A stretch of DNA of 64,000 nucleotides from NCBI GenBank assembly GCA_964016885.1, contig OZ024740.1:236034001-236098000 (forward strand), in the 5' to 3' direction. Origin of the DNA: Eledone cirrhosa (Eukaryota). Below, in pieces: positions 1 to 13,260 of this stretch. Made by a program: the position numbers and the translations under genes. The notes beneath the pieces are model-generated. The model was not told the origin of the DNA. It ran no database searches and worked only from the letters and a program-made list of their open reading frames with translations. Numbering within the stretch: position 1 is the stretch's first letter; each line of letters starts with the position of its first letter.

Positions 1-1298
1 TCAATAAAATAAAACAATTTGCACATCACAGACAAACAAAACACTAAAATAACAGCAGAAACATCAAAGCAACTTCAACAACACACCAATAGGTTCATCT
101 TGAGAACATTTATATGCTGGTCATTTGGTTCTTATTATTGAATTTCTCAAAGAGTTGCAGAAAAGTCTAATTGCTTCTGGAAGTCATTGTAGAACTGTGA
201 AATCAATGAATATGGGTAGATATTTATCATTTGGAACGGTTAGTGTCTTGACATGAATCCTCCACCTTTCTGCCAGAATTTGACATCTTACCCACACAGC
301 CAGCATGTGAATAGCTATACAAATTACATTATTGAAATTCTCTTGAAATTTAAATGGATGTCTCTTATTACTCTCTCTTGGTGTTTGTTCAAGAAATATT
401 TACACACAATGATTGTATTTCAATCAGTTTGATTAGAATTCCATAGGAAATTTTTGCCAGAGAGAAAATCATATTTGTTTTCAGATGAGTGAGGAGTGGA
501 AGAGAAGGGAGAAACAATCTAAGCTAAATATTGCATTGATGCTGACAAATATATTCTGTAGCTGCAACATCAGGTGTAAATAATCCCTGTGCTAACTAAA
601 TCTAGGACTAAAATTTGATTCACTTTCTGATGCACTTATTCTGCTAAAGCTTTTGCTGTTGCTGTTTAGCCTTGAGTTAGCTCTGATCCAGCAGACCTAT
701 AACGAAAGATGTTCCATCTATCACCAACCTGTCTTTTAGCCAGACAGCACTGTCCAATATACAGTATGAGGGTGAGCTGAAAAATACATAGGCTGACTAT
801 GAAGGAGTGATGCTAGAGCTGTGAAATCTTGCATGGAGTAATTTTAACTGATTATATTAATAATCTCATTTGGTCAATCCATGGAAGTATGTTGGTCAGT
901 CTATGATCTTTTAAGCTGACCCTCATATATTAGTTGGTATTAGTGGCAATAGTTGTTGTTTAGCCCCAGATCAGCTCTGATCCAACAAATTTATGATCAA
1001 AGGTCTTTCAGCTATATGACTACATTGCACAGTATGTCTTTCTTTGTTCTTGTTTAACCCCAAATCATCCCTAAGTCAGCAGATCTATGATTAAAAATCC
1101 TCCAAACATGACTATCCAACTTTTTTCAGACAAAGTGTATCTAGAATAACATTATGTATTGCTTTCTTCTTTTTTTTTATGATGTGAGTTCAAGATTTGA
1201 TTGTTATTTCTTTCAGGTCAAGTGTTCATGCAGAGATTCCTTTGTTGGTTTGCAGGAGAAAAGGTTAGTGTATCAGGTGGGCTTGGGTAAAGATAATA

Positions 1299-1624
1299 CA
1301 GTGGAACCTCAGTTCACGAACTTAATTCATTCCTGAAGGCCATTCGTCATCCAAAATGTTCGTAAACCGAAATTATTTTCCCCATATGAAATGTTGAGAG
1401 AAATATAGTGAGAGAAAGACTGTGTGTGAAAGACAGATAGATTCCACCTTAGTAATTAACTACACAGCAAGTGACACTTTCCTACCCAAACCCCTAGCTT
1501 GTCACCAACTGTTGTTACCAGCTTGTGTGTTCGTTACTTGAGACACGGTTCGTCAACTGAGATATTTTATGTTCGGAAAAATTGTTCTTGAACCGATTTG
1601 TTTATGATGAGAAGCATTCCACTG
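1299..1624. mobile_element. Tc1/mariner-pogo (Tigger-like) MITE
   Basis: Termini TA|CAGTGGAACCTC... and ...GAAGCATTCCACTG|TA: imperfect TIRs with TA target duplication; non-coding. Confidence 0.7.
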
Positions 1625-1971
1625 TACCTAGCTTACCAGTCTGGATTCTGGAAGAGCAAAAGTTTGTTGTAGTGATAAAGAGACAAAGAAGATAAGGTGC
1701 ATTTGTGGCTTTATGATTGTAATATATTGGATGAACTGTCACCGCCACACCATCACTAGACCACTACTATATTATTATTAGAGCAACACCACATTCTATA
1801 ACTGACTATACCACTCTTATACCACTACTACATCACCACTATAGCACAACATTTCCACTATGCTATTACTACCACAATACCACTACAATAGCACCACATT
1901 ATCACTACTGCATTACTATATTACCACACTACCACTCATTACTATATCATTACTACTACTATATCATTACT

Positions 1972-2626
1972 ACTCAGTTGCAAAGTACTGTTCACCAGTC
2001 TGGGCAGGGAGCTGCCATGCCAAGTAAGTTGACACCATCCCCAACTTGGCTATGAGAATAGTATCTGGCACACTGAAATCTACACCTAGTCAGTGGCTAC
2101 CTACCCTTCCTCATATAGCTCCTTCTCACATGCAGTATCAGGAGATAATCTGTGAGGTAGCACTTCTTACCAAGTCCAAGCCTGACCTTCCAATCATGCA
2201 CTTGAAATCACGCAAACTATTCTGGGAATTAATGAAGACCCTTCAAGACAATAACTTTGATCTGAAGGAAGAGTGGTGAATATCATAGAATGAGTCCAAA
2301 TTTGCCAACCAAGAACTCGTCCAGGACCCCTCATCTACACCAGCTGGCTTTGACTTTCGTAGAAAGCAATGGGTGCCTCTTAATTGGATTTGCCCAACAG
2401 ATGCCAGGACAGCCCATCATCTCTATTAATTTAAAATGAAAGACAGCCCAGCATGTGACTGTGAAGACCCTGACCAGACAGTGTTGCATGTTGCTCAGGA
2501 TTGCCACCTCAGACGTTTTCCCGGCGGCCTGGAAGCAATCCATAATACTACAAATGACGCCTTAGTCCAGCTCACCAATCTTAATCTGTCTCTCTAACTA
2601 TTGTATATATGTCATATGACAAGAAG
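1972..2626 (+). mobile_element. 5'-truncated Vingi/Ingi-like non-LTR retrotransposon 3' fragment
   Basis: Degenerate translation YSVAKYCSPVWAGSCHAK*VDT..MRIVSGTLKSTPSQWLPTLPHIAP, then CDCEDPDQT..HVAQDC..FPGGLEAIH. This resembles the C-terminal region and CCHC motif of Ingi/Vingi ORFs; ends in a short AAGAAG tail. Confidence 0.7.
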
Positions 2627-3309
2627 ACTATATTTCAACTATACCAACACCATACAATCACACACCACTCATCTTTAACCACCATACCATCACCATTATA
2701 CTACCAGTATACCAACATCACACTATACCCACAGCCACTATATCACCATCATTCTAACACTCATGAACCTACAGTCCTGACACCATAACCACACTCCACC
2801 ATAGTTTATAGGGAAGACTTTGTATAGTTGTTTGGCTGGCTTTAAATAACACACCCTGCAATATTCAAAACTTATATTGGATAATGTAGTGCTAGATATA
2901 CTCATTATTCTCATTTAATGTCTGTTTTCTATGATGTTATGAGCTGGACAGATCATTATGGCCAGATTTAGTTCTTATTTGGAGCTATTGCCCTCCTAAA
3001 AGGTCAGGGAATGATGTCATGCTCATGTTCCAATTTTGGCATGGTTTACAGCTCAATGCCTTTCCAAACATCAACAACTTTAGGTGTGTACTGAGTGCAA
3101 TTTATTGTGGTACCAGCATTAGAGAGTTTGTCATGTTCACTGCTAAGCTAAAGTAGTCTCTCTAAGCTGTGTTGTTACTGTTCAATTCTCAACCACTTCA
3201 CATAGAGTACTAGAAAAGGTTGTCATACTCAATGCAAGGTTAAAGTAAGCTCTTCACACCATGAATTCTCTATTTTTTCAAGGCAAGCATGATTAAGTGT
3301 GTGATTTAA

Positions 3310-3489
3310 TCCTTTATCATTTACATTACTCTTGTATTATTTCACATAATATCAAATCTACGAGATTTTGATATTATTTATTTTGAGAACAATACTTTAA
3401 CATCAGTATGAGTGGCCAGTTACAGCCAGTTTGAACAGAAAGAGGTGAGAGAATTCCGGCCAGATACAGCTGGTTTAAATGCTAAAGGA
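3310..3489. mobile_element. piggyBac-like MITE (degenerate copy)
   Basis: TTAA-TCCTTTATCATTT...AAATGCTAAAGG; body homologous to copies at 39551, 43757 and 54212. Confidence 0.65.
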
Positions 3490-3717
3490 GTGTAATAATC
3501 AAGAGTTGAAGGAGTGGAGAGTATGGTTTGAATGTAAAAGGGGAGGGTAAAACAGTGATAGGATGATAGAAGTGGGAGAATGGCAGTAGTGAATAGGGGG
3601 TTGAGTAGGAAAGTGGTATGGGCCAGATGACAGGATGCCAATACAATGTATTGGTATCTTGTCATTGTAGGAGAAAATGATGAATGCCAGAAGAAAAAGA
3701 GGGTGATAGATGTCAGT

Positions 3718-3749
<32 letters not shown>

Positions 3750-4519
3750 AATCTGAACTACCACCACTATACCACTAGAATATTTGTTCAATGGTTAGAT
3801 GGTCTGTCTATGAAGATTTGCCAAGAGAAATGGATTTTGTCTAGAAAATAACCAGTAAAAGTTCCATATGTATGTTGACCAAATATTGAGTAATTAGGAT
3901 ATTGTCAGCTCTAATTTACAGTTTAATTCTTAATGATTATTTGATATAATGGAATCAATTATCTTTGGAACAATACAGTTAGAGGGTGGTAGTGTAGACT
4001 GATTGGGCATTGATGAGGCCAGGATAAATCATTCATGTCAGCCTCAAGAATTCTCTGATGAAAGAACTGCTGTGAATTCTGTTAATTTATCAATATTGAG
4101 ATGTCATTGGAGATGGTGAATCATGTGTAGTGAGAATGTATATTTTATGTTGGAGAGTTCTTCAATAGACGTGGTAGTGTGGAATGGTTTTATTAATATT
4201 GAGAAGTCACTGTAGATGGTTAGAACTAACATGTGTAGTTATGGTGTATATTTTATGTTGGGGAATTATTCATGAGATGTGATCAGATTATATCACTCAG
4301 GGTGGTAAAGAAAATAATGGGGCTTGTATAAAGATTACAACTATACATAATTATATATATATATATCATTATAATAAAACTCATGATCATGTGAAAACCA
4401 TTTTGTGTTAGATTTGTTTGGAAAATGGTAATTTGAGCATATTTATGCTTTGACATCTTCCTCGCTAAATCTCACTCTCACATATATTATTGACAAGACA
4501 TATCTACCTCCTGGTCAGT

Positions 4520-4816
4520 AGTGTAAAGTAGACGTGTAGGCGCCATGGAAAAAAAGCATATAGACAATATGCCCCCACATCCTCCCACTGTAAAGTGGAC
4601 GTGTAGGCGCCACGGAAAAAAAGCACCCAGCACTCACTGTAAATGAGGTTAGTGTTAGGAAGGGCACCCAGCTGTAGAAATCAAGCCAGAATCAGTTCCC
4701 ATATGAGCAAGACAAGGTTAGCCGACCGGACACTGCCCACAACAGGACAACCCGTCTAACCCATGCTAGCGTGGAAGAACGGACGTAAAACGGTGATGAT
4801 GATGATGATGATGATG
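4520..4816 (+). mobile_element. Dispersed retroposon 3' segment ending ACCCATGCTAGCGTGGAA...(GAT)n
   Basis: Related copies at about 8797-8847(-), 9375-9720(-), 17170-17455, 42500-42852, 45903-45963(-), 52410-52625(-) and 62080-62305; all end in a (GAT)n tail. Confidence 0.7.
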
Positions 4817-4965
4817 GCGTGAAAGTTGTTGCTGAAAGACACTGGTCTTGTGCAGCCAAAATAAAGCCCTCACTCTCTGCCTTTAGCCCAGAACTCTGCA
4901 TCCACTGATGGGTCAGAGTTTGATCTACATCAGGTTCTTTGCTTATTATTGACAGAGTCCTCAGA
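4817..4965 (-). mobile_element. Short R4/Dong-like retrotransposon fragment
   Basis: PDVDQTLTHQWMQSSGLKAESEGFILAAQDQCL, homologous to the element at 41150-42263. Confidence 0.75.
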
Positions 4966-5556
4966 ACATCAGAGACAATGCATTGTGGTATTTGTTTCAT
5001 CTCTCTGCTCTCTGAGTTCAAATCCCACCAAGGTCAACTTTGCCTTTCATCCTTTTGATAATATAAAGTACCAATAATGCTCTGGGGTTGATTTAATCAA
5101 CTTTCCTCTCCTCTTACATTGTTGGCCTTGAGCCTATAGTAGAAATCATTGAGTTCAAATCCCGCCGAGGTTGACTTTGCCTTTCATCCTTACGGGGTCG
5201 ATAAAATAAAGTACCAGTAATGCACTGGGTAATTGCTGACCTTGTGCCTGTAGTAGAAATCATTATTATCATCATCATAATTAACACTCTGCTTCTTAAA
5301 GATACCAACTATGGTGTAATACCAAATAAGTAATACCACATCGACAACTGGACCCTATTAGCATTGATTGGTGAAACTGGTGAACCAATAGTAACTAAAT
5401 GTTACACAACAATAAACTATATGAATATACATATATAGAGAGATTTTCACCTATCTCAAAAACCCTCTCTGCATCTCCCCATGCATTGAGTACTCCCATG
5501 ATTAGTGGTCTCTTCTGTCTTGGCACTGCAGACTCTCTCTCTCTCTCTATGTGTAT

Positions 5557-5569
5557 ATGTATATATATA

Positions 5570-5638
<69 letters not shown>

Positions 5639-5885
5639 CTATATATATATATATATATATATATAACTATATATATATATATATATATATAACTATATAT
5701 ATATATATATATATATATAACTATATATATATATATATATAGCGGCGATGAATTAGTTTTGCGAGTAAGTTAAATCGCAGATATATATATATAAAAGACA
5801 GCGAGAAGCGAAAACCAACCAAACAGTGAGTGTGTTCTGCTATTAATTCTGGCAATATTACGCAAATATGACCCTCCCCAAATAT

Positions 5886-5968
<83 letters not shown>

Positions 5969-6010
5969 AATATATATATATATATACATAAATATATATA
6001 TATATATACA
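5557..6010. repeat. (TA)n microsatellite tract with a 150-bp insert (5741-5890)
   Basis: Directly visible; periodic TAAC interruptions in the left part. Confidence 0.95.
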
Positions 6011-6121
6011 TGAAACTGACTGGCCTGTCTGCTAATATGCAAATCAGACAGATCAATCACTGTATATTTCAGAAAATATCATATATTTTCACTAGCTCTG
6101 ACAGTTGGCCTGAGAGCAGTA

Positions 6122-6170
6122 AACTGCACTGATGAAGGGTAATCACCCAGAAACATTAGCGTCTACAGTT
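6122..6170 (+). ncRNA. Type I hammerhead ribozyme (minimal stem III)
   Basis: aactgca-CTGATGA-a-gggt aatc accc-a-GAAAC-attagc-GTC-tacagtt: complete core, 4-bp stem II, 6 of 7 bp stem I, GUC triplet. Lies in a ~330-bp insert between (TA)n tracts. Confidence 0.85.
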
Positions 6171-6360
6171 CTGTTTACATGCGAACACAAGAGCAAGAAT
6201 GAGGGGCTCATTCTATTGACATGGCTTAAAAGAGGCTGTTTTCATAATTGCAAACGAATCAAATATTATTATTAATATTTGAAAAATTCAGATTACATTT
6301 ATTATTGTATTCAGCCATGTAGAACGATAACTATTTGTTATATATATATATCTATATATA

Positions 6361-6902
6361 TGGGAGTATTGAAGTTTGCTTGAAGCATTGTGGAATAATA
6401 GGTAAATATCTTTAAGTCGTTTGGAAGCCTCGACAATGCAAATGGGTAAATCTCCGGGTAACAAGATCCGGTGGTGGAGAGAGAGATGTAAGTGGGTGTA
6501 CGTTGAGATGCGTGGCGTGTATAAGACGTGTAGAAGAATGAAGGAAAGAGTATAAAGGATAAAATAAAAAATAAAAATAAGAACACGAGAGAGAGTTACC
6601 TCGGAGGACGCGTTTCGCACTTTTCCGACAGATAACCTTTCCCCCACTCTGGAAAAAACCCCCAGTTGATGGATGTGAATCCGAAATATATAGGGACAAT
6701 TAAATCTCTCCCAAGGTAACTCTCTCTCGTGTTCTTATTTTTATTTTATCCTTTATACTCTTTCCTTCATTCCTCTACACGTCTTATACACACCACACAT
6801 CTCAACGTACATCCACTTACATCTCTCTCTCCACCACCGGATCTTGTTACCCGGAGATTTACCCATTTGCATTGTCGAGGCTTCCAAACGACTTAAAGAT
6901 AT
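6361..6902. mobile_element. Inverted-arm insert in (TA)n with a hammerhead 3' half
   Basis: Arms 6406-6606 and 6708-6902 are near-identical reverse complements; the minus strand at 6607-6616 reads GAAAC-GC-GTC. Confidence 0.75.
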
Positions 6903-7118
6903 ATATATATATATATACAAATGAAAGTACAGCATATTCGAAGCTCGAACTGTAGCTAAGCCGAAGAATGCCTTCAGGTGTTGACCTCAGAGTAATAACA
7001 TGCAGTTTAAAGGGCTTTGCAAATTGAAGATAGCGACCGGTAGTTCAGCCACGTGGTCTGTAGCAACGAAAGAACTGACTCGCGAGAAAAAATACATACA
7101 TATATACTTATATATATA

Positions 7119-7152
<34 letters not shown>

Positions 7153-7293
7153 AATATATATATGCAAAAGTTTTATTTAAAATTGTTGGGTTACAACGAG
7201 TAAATATTTTATAACTGATATAAAGCACTCAACAAGTTTTGGAGTAGATATACGATATTAAACAAATGGAAACTATATTTATAAAACCATATT

Positions 7294-7359
7294 TATTTCA
7301 TTATACATATTTCAGGGATACCATATTAAAAATATGGCATGCCTTCTTCAGATAAAATA
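7294..7359 (-). ncRNA. Type I hammerhead ribozyme (mirror copy of 8197-8262)
   Basis: Exact reverse complement of the 8197-8262 motif. Confidence 0.85.
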
Positions 7360-8196
7360 CAATATATAAGCAGTTTTATAAATAAATTTGACGTACCATA
7401 AATATTGATCAACTTCCATTTGAGAAGTTGGTTTGGTAGTGAAATGTTTATAAATATTTAGTGTTAAGCACAGTTAGAAAGAAAGACGGCGAAAAGGAAG
7501 AAATGTAAGTAAAGAAAAACAAAGAGAGATAGAGAGAGATATGGGAGAGAGAAATAGTGAGGAGGTGAAAAATGAGAGGCAGCTGAGGCAACAGATGAAT
7601 AATAATAATTCATCATACAAATGTTGTAAATCTGTCATCCTTCTCTCTGGATATAGCTCTTTCTTCTCCTCCCTCTATACATGATGAAATTTAAGTATCG
7701 ACTACTTTAACTTTACCTCTATTGTTTTCTCTCTTACCTCTCTCCTATTTCTCTCACCTCCCCATGTATAATTATTATTATTCGGTCTACCTCTTTTCCC
7801 CCCCACCTCTATCTCTCTCTACCTCTCTGTTTTCTCTTTATTTATTTTTTATTTCTCTCCGTCTCCTTAACACTATAACTAAATAAATAAATAAATAAAT
7901 AATTACAGTACTCCCTCCCTCCTAAATCTCTCAATTTGTATGATGAATTATTATTATTCATCTGTTGCCTCAGCTGCCTCTCATTTTTCACCTCCTCACT
8001 ATTTCTCTCTCCCATATCTCTCTCTATCTCTCTTTGTTTTTCTTTACTTACATTTCTTCCTTTTCTCCGTCTTTCTTTCTAACTGTGCTTAACACTAAAT
8101 ATTTATAAACATTTCACTACCAAACCAACTTCTCAAATGGAAGTTGATCAATATTTATGGTACGTCAAATTTATTTATAAAACTGCTTATATATTG

Positions 8197-8262
8197 TATT
8201 TTATCTGAAGAAGGCATGCCATATTTTTAATATGGTATCCCTGAAATATGTATAATGAAATA
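8197..8262 (+). ncRNA. Type I hammerhead ribozyme
   Basis: tattttat-CTGAAGA-aggcatgccatatt ttt aatatggtatccct-GAAAT-atgt-ATA-atgaaata: 8-bp stem I, ~13-bp stem II, near-palindromic stem III, AUA triplet. Confidence 0.85.
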
Positions 8263-8372
8263 AACATGGTTTTATAAATATAGTTTCCATTTGTTTAATA
8301 TCGTATAAATATATATATATATATCTATATACATATATAAATATATATATACATATATATATGTATATATAT

Positions 8373-8474
8373 CAGGGGCGAAGGGTGCGTGCATGCGTTA
8401 TAGAATCAATTGCATCGGTTGAAGCAAGCAGAAATTTGGCTGCTTACTAAAACGTATAGACACAAAAAAAGATA

Positions 8475-8506
<32 letters not shown>

Positions 8507-8736
8507 ACAAACACACGACAGCTTAGGGGCAAGCAGAATTTTGACTGCTTACTAAATCGTAGACACATAAAAAGATAACGCACACACACACACACTAGAT
8601 AACACTAGATGTGGCTTTGACCAGGAGGGTCATTTAGAGGAAATTGGGGTGGGGGGAGGGGGAGGCTGCACAGCCCCACTTTCCGCCATGGCGATTGGAC
8701 TGTATGCCTTGCTTTCCAGGTTACCCTTTGCCACTG
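8373..8736. mobile_element. hAT-like MITE in (TA)n
   Basis: TIRs CAGGGGCGAAGGGT / ACCCTTTGCCACTG (12 of 14 match), ATATATAT on both flanks, internal ~100-bp duplicated unit with (CA)n. Confidence 0.7.
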
Positions 8737-8875
8737 ATATATATATATATTATATATATATATATATATACATTATATATATATATATATATATATCATC
8801 ATCATCATCATCAACGTTTAACGTCCGTGTTCCACGCTTGCATGGGTTATATATATATATATATATATGTACACG

Positions 8876-9210
8876 TGAAGGTGCATGGCTTAGTGGTTAG
8901 AGCGTTGGGTTTGCAATTGAGAAGTTGTAAGTTTGATTCTCAGTCTGGGTGATGCGTTGTGTCCTTGAGCAAGAGACTTTATTTCACATTGCTCCAGTCC
9001 ATTCAGCTGTAGAGATGAGTTGTAATGTCACTGACGCTAAGCTGTATCAGCCATTGTCTTTCCCTTGGACATCGGTGGAATGGAGAGGGGAGACTGGTAT
9101 GCATGGGCAACTGTTGGTCTTTTACAAACAAACAATGTCCAGGCTTGTGCCTCGGAGGGAAACTTTCTAGGTGCAAAACCATGGTCATTCGTGACTGATG
9201 GAGCCCTCTA
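8876..9210 (+). mobile_element. tRNA-derived CORE-type SINE (family B)
   Basis: A box TGGCTTAGTGG, B-box-like GTTTGATTCT, CORE-like GTGTCCTTGAGCAAGAGACTTTA. Related copies at about 28687-28970, 38305-38412, 48385-48520(-) and 61905-62048. Confidence 0.8.
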
Positions 9211-9371
9211 AAAAAATTAAAAAATACATATATATATATATATAGATAGGGGCATAAGAGTATAACCATAAATATCTAAATGTAGACATAAAGATGTAAG
9301 TGGATCAGCATTAACATAAGAAAAGGTGATTAGTGGAATGGTAATTGAAGTGTAAGATTGTGTGTGACTGT

Positions 9372-9416
<45 letters not shown>

Positions 9417-10288
9417 GTTGTCATCATCATCATCATCAACGTTGTCATCATCGTCGTCTTCATCATTATCATCGTTTAACATCTATTTTTCATGCTAGAA
9501 TGGGTTGGATGGGTTGTCTCATTTGACTGTTCTATGTGACTGTGTCACATAGAACAGTCTCTCTGGCTTGGTGTCTACAGCTGAATGCCCTTCCTAAGGC
9601 AAGCCACATTTACAGTGTGGACTAGGTGCCTTTTATCGTGGCACCGTAACGACGACTTTACCATGTGGGTTGGGTACATTTTGTTGTGATACCAACATGA
9701 CAACTTTACAGTGTGGACTGAAGTTTGAGGTAGGGGGTGTAAATGCATGGGAGAAGAGTGAGGTGATTAGGATGTGGGTGGAGCGTTAGGGTGTGGGAGG
9801 TGTATGTAAGGGGGGAGGGAGGACAAGGGTTTAACATTGCATACTAGATGCATGCTTCAACCTGTGTGCATATTCTTCTATATTACTGCATAACACCAAA
9901 GTGCTCAATCCTGTATCATTGACTTTGAGAGGTGCAATTGCCCAAGGTCAGCTTTTGTGTGATAATATGTGACAATGTATGAATGTGAATGTATGTGTGT
10001 ATGTGTGTAAGTCAGCTTGTGTTTATCATTCATTTTATATTTGTTCCATTTGACTCTCTTTATTAACATAGACAGACATACACACAAACATGTCTAGACA
10101 TTATATATGTATATAGGCATTTATATATCTATGTGTGTATATGTATCTGTGTAATAACATAAATATTTTAACATAAATATATATGCATCCATTACCACAC
10201 ATAGACACACAAACACCTACAAACATACATATAAAAATACATGCACAATATAAATAAGGTTGAGGTTGTTTTATAAGCATTCTCAGTC

Positions 10289-10692
10289 TTAACAACTGCT
10301 CAGCACCACCTCATCCCACCAACGCTCAATGTCGTCCAATCTCTCATTAATGGTATCAGAATCTTCTAGCTTCTAGAATAGCTTTATTTGATTCAAATCC
10401 TTAATTAGTTCACTACTTTCCTTTTTAAACGATTTGAACAATTTCCTCGCTTCAAATATCTCTATTATTGGGGAGTAAATGAGATGAATGTTTGTGTATT
10501 TCTTTGTATTTGTACTGAAGTGAAACTCTATCTTGGTATCAGTAAATAGATTGGGATTTAACACCACTGATTGTTTGTCCACTGTGAATATATGATTTTG
10601 CGGAAGAGAGATGTTGATATGATTAGTTCTATTACTGAGAACTAATCTGTGAGTGCCATAAAATAGATATTTTCAGTCAAGTGTAACATGAT
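10289..10692 (-). pseudogene. Possible decayed terminal coding exon, unknown product
   Basis: Acceptor-like ccattttccaaatAG, then ~134 codons in one frame with only two internal stops (HVTLD*KYLFYG...IKLF*KLEDSDTINERLDDIERWWDEVVLSSC*); no family recognised. Confidence 0.3.
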
Positions 10693-11554
10693 CTATTTGG
10701 AAAATGGACAGCAGAGTTTTTGTTTGTTTGATGGTGTGCTGAGAAGGTTTGTAGTTAAGTAATGCAGAGTGGAGGTATGTTGTTGAATGGTGTATAGTGG
10801 GGACTTGAAATAAATTGGTTGGTGTAGAGCAGAGGTTTGTAGAAGGGTTTATTTTAAGGAAATTTTACAGCTACACAAAAGCTTTGAGGTAGGTGATGTG
10901 GACTCTTCTTCTTCACCCACTCATTCCTGAGAGGGTTGTAGGGACATAGTCCTCAAATACTCTTTCCGGCTGGTCCTGTCAGTAGCAGCCATCTCCAAGC
11001 ATGACCACCTAAGCTCATGGATGTTATCCAACCATCTTGCGAATAAGATCACTCAAATTGTAATATGATGAAGTGCTGTAACTCAATGTTTGATATTCTC
11101 TGAGTCTTGGAAACATTTGTGAAGGTTACTTTTGATATTTTATAAAAGTTTTATGTCGTTTTAACCATTATTTGCCAGGTGTTGAGTGGAGGTTTGTGGA
11201 GTGATGTAGAGTGGAGGTTTGTTGAGTCGTGTAGAGTGAGGGTTTATTGTTGAGAGGTGTAGAGTGGAGGTTTGCTGTTGAGTGATGGAGAGTAGAGGTT
11301 TATTGTTGAGTGGTGTAGAGTTATGGTCTGTTGTGTATACTAGAATTTGTTAGATAAGTGATGCAAAGGGTAGGTTTTGTAGTTGCATAGTGTACAGTGG
11401 AGGGTTTTACCAAAATGGTCTATTGTAATTATTTGTAAATGAGTAGTGTATAGTGGAAATCTATAGGTGACCGGTGTAGATTGATGGCTTGTGTTTGAGA
11501 GGTTTACAGTAGATTTTTATAGGTGACTGGTATAGATTGAAAGTTTGTGGTTGG

Positions 11555-13260
11555 GAGGTGTACAGTGGAATTTTATAGCTGAGTGGTGTAAATTGAAAGG
11601 TTGTGGTTGAGAGGTGTACAGTGGAATTTTAGAGCTGAGTGGTGTAGATTGATAGCTTGTGGTTGGGAGGTGTACAGTGGAATTTTAGAGCTGAGTGGTG
11701 TAGATTGATAGCTTGTGGTTGGGAGGTGTACAGTGGAATTTTATAGCTGAGTGGTGTAGATTGATAGCTTGTAGTTGGGAGGTGTACAGTGGAATTTTAG
11801 AGCTGAGTGGTGTAGATTGATAGCTTGTAGTTGAGAGGTGTACAGTTGAATTTTATAGCTGAGTGGTGTAGATTGATAGCTTGTAGTTGGGAGGTGTACA
11901 GTGGAATTTTAGAGCTGAGTGGTGTAGATTGATAGCTTGTGGTTGGGAGGTGTACAGTGGAATTTTAGAGCTGAGTGGTGTAGATTGATAGCTTGTAGTT
12001 GGGAGGTGTACAGTGGAATTTTAGAGCTGAGTGGTGTAGATTGATAGCTTGTGGTTGGGAGGTGTACAGTGGAATTTTAGAGCTGAGTGGTGTAGATTGA
12101 TAGCTTGTAGTTGGGAGGTGTACAGTGGAATTTTATAGCTGAGTGGTGTAGATTGATAGCTTGTGGTTGGGAGGTGTACAGTGGAATTTTAGAGCTGAGT
12201 GGTGTAGATTGATAGCTTGTGGTTGGGAGGTGTACAGTGGAATTTTATAGCTGAGTGGTGTAGATTGATAGCTTGTGGTTGGGAGGTGTACAGTGGAATT
12301 TTATAGCTGAGCGGTGTAGATTGATAGCTTGTAGTTGAGAGGTGTACAGTGGAATTTTATAGCTGAGTGGTGTAGATTGATAGCTTGTGGTTGAGAGGTG
12401 TACAGTGGAATTTTATAGCTGAGTGGTGTAGATTGATAGCTTGTGGTTGAGAGGTGTACAGTGGAATTTTATAGCTGAGTGGTGTAGATTGATAGCTTGT
12501 GGTTGAGAGGTGTACAGTGGAATTGTATAGCTGAGTGGTGTGTGAAAGCTTGTGGTTGAGAGGTGTACAGTGGAATTTTATAGCTGAGTGGTGTAGATTG
12601 ATAGCTTGTAGTTGGGAGGTGTACAGTGGAATTTTATAGCTGAGCAGTGTGTTAAAGCTTGTGGTTGAGAGGTGTACAGTGGAATTTTATAGCTGAGTGG
12701 TGTAGATTGATAGCTTGTAGTTGGGAGGTGTACAGTGGAATTTTATAGCTGAGCAGTGTGTTAAAGCTTGTGGTTGAGAGGTGTACAGTGGAATTTTATA
12801 GCTGAGTGGTGTAGATTGATAGCTTGTGGTTGAGAGGTGTACAGTGGAATTTTATAGCTGAGCAGTGTGTTAAAGCTTGTGGTTGGGAGGTGTACAGTGG
12901 AATTTTATAGCTGAGTGGTGTAGATTGATAGCTTGTGGTTGAGAGGTGTACAGTGGAATTTTATAGCTGAGTGGTGTAGATTGATAGCTTGTAGTTGAGA
13001 GGTGTACAGTGGAATTTTATAGCTGAGTGGTGTAGATTGATAGCTTGTGGTTGAGAGGTGTACAGTGGAATTTTATAGCTGAGTGGTGTAGATTGATAGC
13101 TTGTGGTTGAGAGGTGTACAGTGGAATTTTATAGCTGAGTGGTGTGTGAAAGCTTATGGTTGGGAGGTGTACAGTGGAATTTTAGAGCTGAGCGGTGTGT
13201 GAAAGCTTATGGTTGAGAGGTGTACAGTGGAATTTTATAGCTGAGCGGTGTGTTAAAGCC
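11555..13260. repeat. 56-bp minisatellite, about 30 copies
   Basis: Unit GAGGTGTACAGTGGAATTTTAKAGCTGAGTGGTGTAGATTGATAGCTTGTRGTTGR. Confidence 0.97.

Larger units (their letters stand above)
7163..8307. mobile_element. Head-to-head inverted hammerhead-bearing insert in (TA)n
   Basis: Arms 7249-7622 and 7934-8307 (~374 bp) are almost perfect reverse complements; TA-rich tracts on both sides. Confidence 0.85.

Noticed and set aside
90-565. Possible decayed coding sequence on minus
   Set aside because: Many stops and no recognisable motif.
11555-13260. CRISPR-like appearance of the regular array
   Set aside because: No unique spacers; contiguous 56-bp tandem units in eukaryotic DNA.
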